Shown: piece by piece, positions 58,181-64,000 of the stretch
How positions within the stretch are numbered: position 1 is the first letter of the stretch
Layout of the letters: the number at the start of each line of letters is the position of its first letter
Assembly: GCA_046704245.1 (NCBI GenBank)
Contig: JBJKSD010000001.1
Span: 2,993 to 66,992, forward strand
Length of the DNA: 64,000 bases
Source: Bacilli bacterium
GTDB lineage: Bacteria > Bacillota_I > Bacilli_A > RF39 > UBA660
Direction of reading: 5' to 3'
Notes under the pieces: model-generated
The model's database searches: none
What the model saw: the letters and a program-made list of their open reading frames with translations, nothing else
Told to the model about the DNA's origin: nothing
Program-made: the position numbers and the translations under genes

Positions 58181-59512
58181 ATGAAAAAACAAACAATAAT
58201 TAAAGATATAGGACTAAATAAAGATGTTATTAAAAAGATATCGCAAATAAAAAAAGAACCTAAATGGATGCTAAACTTTCGTTTAAAAGCTTATGATGCT
58301 TTTATAGATCATGATATGCCATCATTTGGTCCTCATCTAGATATTGATTTTAATAAGATAACTTATTATAAGAGTATCGATGAAGAAGTATATAATAATT
58401 GGAATAAAGTACCTAATGATGTTAAAGATATCTTTTGTAATTTAGGAGTTATAGATGCGGAAAAGAAATATTTAGGTGGTATATCTACTCAATATGAAAG
58501 TAAAGTAATCTATCATAATATGATGAAAGAAATTGCTGATAAGAACATTATCTTTTTAGATACAGATACTGCTTTACAACAATATCCTGATCTATTTAAA
58601 AAATATTTTAATAAATTAGTTGATTATAATGAAAACAAATTCACTGCTTTAAATGGTGCTGTCTGGAGTGGAGGAGCTTTTATCTATATTCCACCTCACA
58701 CTACTTTAGATCGACCATTACAAAGTTATTTTCGTATCAACACTAAAAATATGGGGCAATTTGAAAGAACAATTATTATAGTTGATGAAGGTAGTAATCT
58801 AGAATATATTGAAGGATGTACTGCCCCCACTTATACTTCGGATTCTTTACATGCGGCTGTAGTAGAAATATATGTTGGTAAGAATGCTAAATGTCGTTAT
58901 ACTACTATTCAAAACTGGGCCACTAACATCTATAATTTAGTTACTAAAAGAGCTATTGTTGAAGAAAGTGGTTTAATGGAGTGGATCGATGGTAATATTG
59001 GATCTAAAGTAACGATGAAATATCCATCAGTTATCTTAAATGGGGAAAAGGCTAAAGGCACATGTATTTCAATTGCAGTAGCTAAAGATCATCAAAATCA
59101 AGATACCGGTGCTAAAATGATTCATCTAGCTCCTAATACTAAAAGTAATATTATAGCTAAATCTATTTCTAGTAGTGGAGGTAAGACTACTTACCGAGGT
59201 ACAGTTAATATTGCTAAAGAAGCTATTAATGCATATAGTAATGTTAAATGTGATACATTAATTTTAGATCATTTATCTAAAAGTGATACAATACCTAAAA
59301 ATATTGTCAATAATAAATCATCATTATTAGAACATGAAGCAACTATTTCAAAGATTGGTGAAGAAAAACTATTTTATTTAATGAGTAGGGGGATTAGCAA
59401 AGAAAAAGCCATTGAATTAATAATTTTAGGGTTTTTAGAAACCTTTAGAGAAGAATTACCAATGGAATATGCAGTTGAGTTAAATAATTTGTTAAGAACA
59501 AACATAACCTAG
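58181..59512 (+). CDS. sufB: Fe-S cluster assembly protein SufB
   Basis: 443 aa. SufB-specific blocks (GGAFIYIPPHT, CTAPTY) and the SufBD C-terminal domain. Confidence 0.9.
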   Translation: MKKQTIIKDIGLNKDVIKKISQIKKEPKWMLNFRLKAYDAFIDHDMPSFGPHLDIDFNKITYYKSIDEEVYNNWNKVPNDVKDIFCNLGVIDAEKKYLGGISTQYESKVIYHNMMKEIADKNIIFLDTDTALQQYPDLFKKYFNKLVDYNENKFTALNGAVWSGGAFIYIPPHTTLDRPLQSYFRINTKNMGQFERTIIIVDEGSNLEYIEGCTAPTYTSDSLHAAVVEIYVGKNAKCRYTTIQNWATNIYNLVTKRAIVEESGLMEWIDGNIGSKVTMKYPSVILNGEKAKGTCISIAVAKDHQNQDTGAKMIHLAPNTKSNIIAKSISSSGGKTTYRGTVNIAKEAINAYSNVKCDTLILDHLSKSDTIPKNIVNNKSSLLEHEATISKIGEEKLFYLMSRGISKEKAIELIILGFLETFREELPMEYAVELNNLLRTNIT

Positions 59513-59527
59513 AATATAGGTGATGTT

Positions 59528-60841
59528 ATGTTTAAAAATAAGTTATGGTATGTAATACTAATAATATCACTATTATTAGTATTATTTTATACCCAATGTG
59601 TTAAACAACTTATGTCATTTTATCCAATAGTTGAAGAAGAACGAGCTAGTGTTGGTCATTATTATATTTATGGTCAAGTATTTAATATTGAAGGTTCATT
59701 AAATATATCCTTTGATGCTAATAAAATTCAAGATGTATCACTCGTTCTAATGAATAAAAAGATAGAAGTATATATCAATACAATCTATCAAATTTATAGG
59801 GAAAGTATTAGTTTTAAAACATCTAATAAAATTAATACTGGTATATTATTAGATCATTTAGATTTAGGTAAATATTATTTAGTTCTTAAAGTCCATTTTA
59901 AAGATGGTAAAGTTAAATATTATTCATTAGTTAATCACACTAAATATCACAATTTAAAATATTATACTATTACTAATAATGGGAGTAATAATTATATAAC
60001 GATTAATTTTACTAATAAATTATTAGCTATCCACAATACCTCCTTTTTAGAAATCAACGTTCATAAAATATCATTACCTCATAATGTTTATGATATCGTT
60101 ATTGATCCCGGCCATGGTGGTATTGATTCTGGTGCTGTTGCTAATAAAATAGAAGAAGATAAAATAAACTTAGCGATAGGACTTATAGCAAAAGAAGAAT
60201 TAGAAAAATTAGGATTAAAAGTTAAAATAACTAGAAATGGTGATTATAATCCGGGAGGACCAGGTATCGATCCATATTGGGATAATGGTCGGGTAAATAT
60301 AGCTAATAATGTAAGAGCTAAGTATTTATTTTCAATTCATTTAAATAGTGCTCCATATAAAATGAAAAAAGGCGGTGTTGAAGTATATTCGCCCCCTAAA
60401 GCTAACTATGATTTAGCTAAATCCATAGCTGATAATATTGTTAAATATGCAAAGACTACTTATTCTCCTAATCATCTAGATAAAATAACTGATGGTGTCT
60501 ATGTTAGAACATTTACTCCTCCAGAAATAGCACAGGCTTCTATTGATTCCCTTAGTCATAATCATAAACCATATAATATTACTATTAATACTCCCTATCA
60601 CTATATTATAAGAGAACCAGGTGGTATTATGACTAATGCTTATGTCGATGGCCGTTATAAAAAATATAATGAAAATCATTATTACAATTCTAATGTTGGA
60701 GTAGAATCATATCTAATTGAATTAGGTTTTATGGTTAATGGTAATGATTTATATAATATGGTTCACAATAAAAAAGGTTATGCTTTAGGCATAACCGAAG
60801 GAATCTGTAAGTTTTTATATAACGACTATTTATTAAATTGA
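59528..60841 (+). CDS. N-acetylmuramoyl-L-alanine amidase (Amidase_3 family, CwlD/CwlC-like) with an N-terminal transmembrane anchor and a beta-rich domain
   Basis: IDPGHGGIDSGAV (the zinc-binding start of Amidase_3), SIHLNS and later E.GFM. 437 aa. Confidence 0.7.
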   Translation: MFKNKLWYVILIISLLLVLFYTQCVKQLMSFYPIVEEERASVGHYYIYGQVFNIEGSLNISFDANKIQDVSLVLMNKKIEVYINTIYQIYRESISFKTSNKINTGILLDHLDLGKYYLVLKVHFKDGKVKYYSLVNHTKYHNLKYYTITNNGSNNYITINFTNKLLAIHNTSFLEINVHKISLPHNVYDIVIDPGHGGIDSGAVANKIEEDKINLAIGLIAKEELEKLGLKVKITRNGDYNPGGPGIDPYWDNGRVNIANNVRAKYLFSIHLNSAPYKMKKGGVEVYSPPKANYDLAKSIADNIVKYAKTTYSPNHLDKITDGVYVRTFTPPEIAQASIDSLSHNHKPYNITINTPYHYIIREPGGIMTNAYVDGRYKKYNENHYYNSNVGVESYLIELGFMVNGNDLYNMVHNKKGYALGITEGICKFLYNDYLLN

Positions 60842-61551
60842 TATTGATTACCACCCTTACTTTTAGATATATATAATGCCTCATCACTTAGATGAATTAT
60901 TTCATCTAAGTTATTATTTTCATTGATCTTTTTCATATAATTAATACCAATACTTAAAGTAAGAGGTTCATTTATTTCTTTTATTTTTAATTCTTTGATT
61001 ATTCTCTGAATTCTTTTAGCTAATATATGAAGAGTATTTTTATCGATATTAGATAAAAGTATAACAAATTCATCGCCCCCATAACGAGCTACAATATCAG
61101 TTTCTAAACGAACTGATTTTTTTAATACTTCAGCTACTTTAGTAATTAAAAGGTCCCCCACCATATGCCCATAAGTATCATTAAAAGTTTTAAATTTATC
61201 AATATCAATAAACACCGCCGCAAATGACCAACCTTCTCGTAAAGCTATATCCCATTTATCGTTACCCAATTCATATAAACCAGTTTTATTATAGACTTTA
61301 GTCATCTTATCAATAAGTGATTCTGTATATTTATCGCTAGCTTTTTGTTCAGCTCTATTAACTTTTAATCGAGCATTTATTAATAGTAATAAAATAATTA
61401 TGATAATAATTAGATTAAATAATAAATAATTTGTATTACTTGCTAATATATTAATATAATCGAAAAAATCCTTATAATTTACAATAACTAATAACAATAA
61501 TAATATTGACCACATATAAATAAGAGGTAAAAGTTTATTTTGTTTTTTCAT
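60826..61551 (-). CDS. Membrane-anchored diguanylate cyclase (GGDEF domain)
   Basis: Two N-terminal transmembrane helices. A-site RYGGDEF, plus the FIDIDKFKTFNDTYGH block. 241 aa. Confidence 0.8.
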   Translation of the reverse strand: MKKQNKLLPLIYMWSILLLLLVIVNYKDFFDYINILASNTNYLLFNLIIIIIILLLLINARLKVNRAEQKASDKYTESLIDKMTKVYNKTGLYELGNDKWDIALREGWSFAAVFIDIDKFKTFNDTYGHMVGDLLITKVAEVLKKSVRLETDIVARYGGDEFVILLSNIDKNTLHILAKRIQRIIKELKIKEINEPLTLSIGINYMKKINENNNLDEIIHLSDEALYISKSKGGNQYQFNK

Positions 61552-61762
61552 ATTATCACCTATTTTATTATAACAAATTATTTTTTATTTATAAATATAA
61601 AAAACATATTATCTTGTATACTATATTACTAATAATAATAAAGAATAATAATTGTATAAAATAAATATGAAATTTAACGATAAAACCAATTAAATTATTA
61701 ATATTGTTTTTTGTTTTTAATTATATTTAATAGTATTCTTTTGGCGAAAGGAGGAATTGTAG

Positions 61763-61998
61763 TGTTAAATCAAATGGTCATAGTAGGAAGGTTAGTAAGA
61801 GATCCAGAATTAAGGGAAACAGAGAATGGTAAGAAGGTTACTAATATCACCTTAGCTGTTCCTCGTTCGTACAAGAATACTAAGGGGGAATATGAAACTG
61901 ATTTTATTGATTGTGTATTGTGGACTGGTATCGCTGAGACCACCACTGAGTATTGTAAAAAAGGGGATATATTAGGAATTAAATATTTGGTATTGTAA
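61763..61998 (+). pseudogene. ssb: Truncated single-stranded DNA-binding protein (N-terminal 70 aa of the OB fold only)
   Basis: GTG start after AAAGGAGG. MVIVGRLVRDPELRETENGKKVTNITLAVPRSYKNTKGEYETDFIDCVLWTGIAETTTEYCKKGDILGI matches the SSB N-terminal OB fold, but the frame ends at KYLVL* where GRLQTR would be expected. Local GC is slightly higher than the surroundings. Confidence 0.55.
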
Positions 61999-62141
61999 AA
62001 GAAAATTAATCTACTAATAAGTATATATTATATAACATATAATTCAAATTTATTATATTTGCTATTTGTAAATGTTTTTTTTGATATAATGAAATAGAAG
62101 TGATATTTGTATTTTACCTGATTAAAAAAGGAGGTTTAAAA

Positions 62142-62396
62142 ATGATTTATAGTAATTTAAAAAAAGCAAGAAAAATAAATAATTTAACTTGCGTAGACAT
62201 GGCAAAGTTTCTAAGTGTTAGTTCAAGCTATTATAATCAGATAGAAAATGGGAGAAGAAAGCTTGATTATGAAATGGCTGTAAAGATTTCCGCCGTATTC
62301 GGATTGCAACCTGATGATATATTCTATAGATATTATAAAAATATGATTCTAAAAAAAACAAAACAAAAAGATTTGAAAGTAGTTAGTTATTTTTAG
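62142..62396 (+). CDS. XRE-family helix-turn-helix transcriptional regulator
   Basis: AAGGAGG ribosome-binding site. LKKARKINNLTCVDMAKFLSVSSSYYNQIENGRRKLDYEMAVKISAVFGL is a canonical Cro/C1 HTH. Confidence 0.75.
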   Translation: MIYSNLKKARKINNLTCVDMAKFLSVSSSYYNQIENGRRKLDYEMAVKISAVFGLQPDDIFYRYYKNMILKKTKQKDLKVVSYF

Positions 62397-62438
62397 ATAT
62401 AAAACGTAAGTTATGGTAAAATTGAAGAAGGTGATTAT

Positions 62439-63941
62439 ATGACTACTGAAACATTGATGAAAATATCAATTATATTTTGCGGTAATGAAGGAGAATGGTT
62501 TAAATATAAAACTGGACCAAATCTAGTTCAATTTTTTAATACATATTTCGGATACAAAGATGTTTATAAAAATCCTTTTCCTTCTAGACATATCTATACA
62601 AATAATAAATTGATCGAATTGTATAATAAAAATAAAATAGAAGATTTTTTTAATGTAATATTAAACAAGAGATATATAATGAAAGAATTCGAGATTGTAG
62701 AGAATGAAGCTGCTACTAAGATTGATTTTATACATAGCAAAATAAATACAATACTTAATATTGATGGATTCACTTTGCAACTAAAAAATAAAAAATATTA
62801 TATCATAAAGGAAGATGATGATTTATTGCCGATTGGTTCTGGCGGTTTCGCAGACGTTTTTGAACAAAAATCAACAGGATTAGTTATAAAAAAATTAAGA
62901 GACGATTATTGGAGAGATACTGGTATTGTTCATAGGTTTAAAAGAGAGTTTAAAATTTCAGAAGAATTAAATGCATTATCTTTCATAATAAAAGTTTATG
63001 AATACAATAGCAACAATTATAGTTATAGTATGGAAAAAGCCGAATTAACACTTGAAGAATATATTGAAAAAAATATATTTAATGATGATAGTAAAATTAT
63101 AATGATACGTCAGATATTATCTGCAATGCAAACTGTTCATGAAAAAAATATTATTCATAGAGATATTAGCCCAAACAACATATTTATTATCTCGGGTATG
63201 CTAAAAATAGCCGATTTTGGTTTGGGAAAAGATTTAAATAGTTTTTCTTCCCATCAAACCATGTACACCAATTCTTTTGGTCAATTTTTATATTGTGCCC
63301 CAGAACAATTCATGCTATTGCGCGAGGGGGATAAAAGGAGTGATGTATTTTCTTTAGGTAGATTGATAAATTTTATTATGACAAAAGATCCTAGAAATGA
63401 TAATCACATATTTAAAACAGTTGTAAATAAAGCAACTAATTCCAATTCAATATATAGATATGAAAATGCTGGTGAGTTGTTAGATAAATTAAATAAAACA
63501 ATTGAGTATAATAAAGACACATCGAGATTTGAAAATTGTCATAGAAACTTATCAAATGGTTTATTTGATGATAGTATAGAACAATTTCTATGTGAACTTT
63601 CTGATGATACAATTGTTAAATTATTATTAGAAAAAAATTCGAAATTGAACTTAGCCCTATTAAAGTTTATGAAATGTAGTAATGAAAATTCCGAATACTT
63701 GATTCACTCAATTGAAAATAGTTATCGAGATGTTTGCTCATCCTATGAATCATATGATGGAATTTCTACATTCGCAGGTTTAGTTATAAATGAAAATTAT
63801 AATTTTATTACTAAAGAAAGTGCATGCAGAATTTTAAATTACATTGCTAAACAAGTTGGAAGATTTCATGCTCAATGGTTGATTGAAAACATATTACAAA
63901 AAGGGATTGAACCTCTACTTGAAGTTGAACTGAACGCCTAA
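62439..63941 (+). CDS. Hanks-type Ser/Thr protein kinase with unrecognised N-terminal (about 120 aa) and C-terminal (about 150 aa) domains
   Basis: Gly-rich loop IGSGGFADVF, the VAIK-type lysine in LVIKKL, catalytic loop HRDISPNNIF, DFG (KIADFGLGK) and APE (YCAPEQ). GAAGGTGA ribosome-binding site. Confidence 0.7.
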   Translation: MTTETLMKISIIFCGNEGEWFKYKTGPNLVQFFNTYFGYKDVYKNPFPSRHIYTNNKLIELYNKNKIEDFFNVILNKRYIMKEFEIVENEAATKIDFIHSKINTILNIDGFTLQLKNKKYYIIKEDDDLLPIGSGGFADVFEQKSTGLVIKKLRDDYWRDTGIVHRFKREFKISEELNALSFIIKVYEYNSNNYSYSMEKAELTLEEYIEKNIFNDDSKIIMIRQILSAMQTVHEKNIIHRDISPNNIFIISGMLKIADFGLGKDLNSFSSHQTMYTNSFGQFLYCAPEQFMLLREGDKRSDVFSLGRLINFIMTKDPRNDNHIFKTVVNKATNSNSIYRYENAGELLDKLNKTIEYNKDTSRFENCHRNLSNGLFDDSIEQFLCELSDDTIVKLLLEKNSKLNLALLKFMKCSNENSEYLIHSIENSYRDVCSSYESYDGISTFAGLVINENYNFITKESACRILNYIAKQVGRFHAQWLIENILQKGIEPLLEVELNA

Positions 63942-63974
63942 AAAATAATTTGTTTTAATTGTGGGAGGTGATAA

Positions 63975-64000
63975 AATGGATACAACATTATTAATAATTC
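63975..64000 (+). CDS. Start of a further gene (MDTTLLII...) truncated by the window end
   Basis: GGGAGGTGA ribosome-binding site followed 5 nt later by ATG. Only 8 codons are visible. Confidence 0.3.

Noticed and set aside
62100-62141. Upstream extension of the XRE ORF (track start 62100).
   Set aside because: The ATG at 62142 has a perfect AAGGAGG ribosome-binding site. The extension adds a ribosome-binding-site-less hydrophobic leader, so I used 62142.
1-64000. CRISPR arrays, tRNA or rRNA genes.
   Set aside because: I scanned for regularly spaced direct repeats and for tRNA hallmarks (GTTCGAATC / TTCGA T-loop contexts) and found none. The only stable RNA recognised is RNase P RNA.
1-64000. 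Alternative genetic code (TGA read as Trp, Mollicutes-like), considered because of the extreme AT content.
   Set aside because: All recognisable housekeeping proteins read through at full expected length with the standard code. Stops are mostly TAA, and no conserved Trp position required TGA.

Overview
This is a very AT-rich (roughly 27% GC) chromosomal window from an endospore-forming Firmicute that uses the standard genetic code; TAA stops predominate and no in-frame TGA interrupts a recognisable housekeeping gene. Most of the 64 kb is densely packed housekeeping and sporulation genes with partly Bacillus-like local order: recG, a T-box followed by leuS, a T-box followed by tyrS, rpsD, ezrA, an alpha/beta-type SASP, ackA, nrnA, engB and der, spoVIF, spoIVA, hup, cca, dnaD and nth, the divergent ponA/recU pair, gpsB followed by the RNase P RNA gene, rodZ, pgsA, recA, rny convergent with rnjA, ftsY-ylxM-ffh, a CotD-like coat gene, rpoZ, recX, prsA, and a sufCDSU-X-B cluster. 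Sporulation markers are spread across the window: Cse60, a SpoVB-like flippase, the SASP, SpoVIF, SpoIVA, CotD-like, two YjcZ-like micro-proteins and an Amidase_3 protein. I found no tRNA, rRNA or CRISPR array. Five parts of the window do not fit the core layout. (1) An accessory island directly downstream of recG (about 1040-5290) carries an MqsR-like toxin with an MqsA-HTH-Panacea fusion antitoxin and two lineage-specific proteins. These cassettes are separated by three copies of a near-identical terminator-containing repeat. The island is followed by a decayed radical-SAM gene. (2) A tandemly duplicated, translationally coupled two-gene membrane module of unknown function lies between rnjA and ftsY (43765-45956). 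(3) The suf operon is split by an inserted unknown gene that has its own terminator. (4) A pair of YjcZ-like micro-ORFs sits behind a sigmaK-like promoter. (5) At the 3' end, a truncated ssb fragment is followed by an XRE regulator and a 500-aa Hanks-type Ser/Thr kinase with unrecognised N- and C-terminal domains, which I read as a candidate mobile-element remnant or defense locus. I rate the duplicated membrane module, the recG-adjacent cassette island with its repeat, and the XRE-kinase locus as the best candidates for something undescribed.
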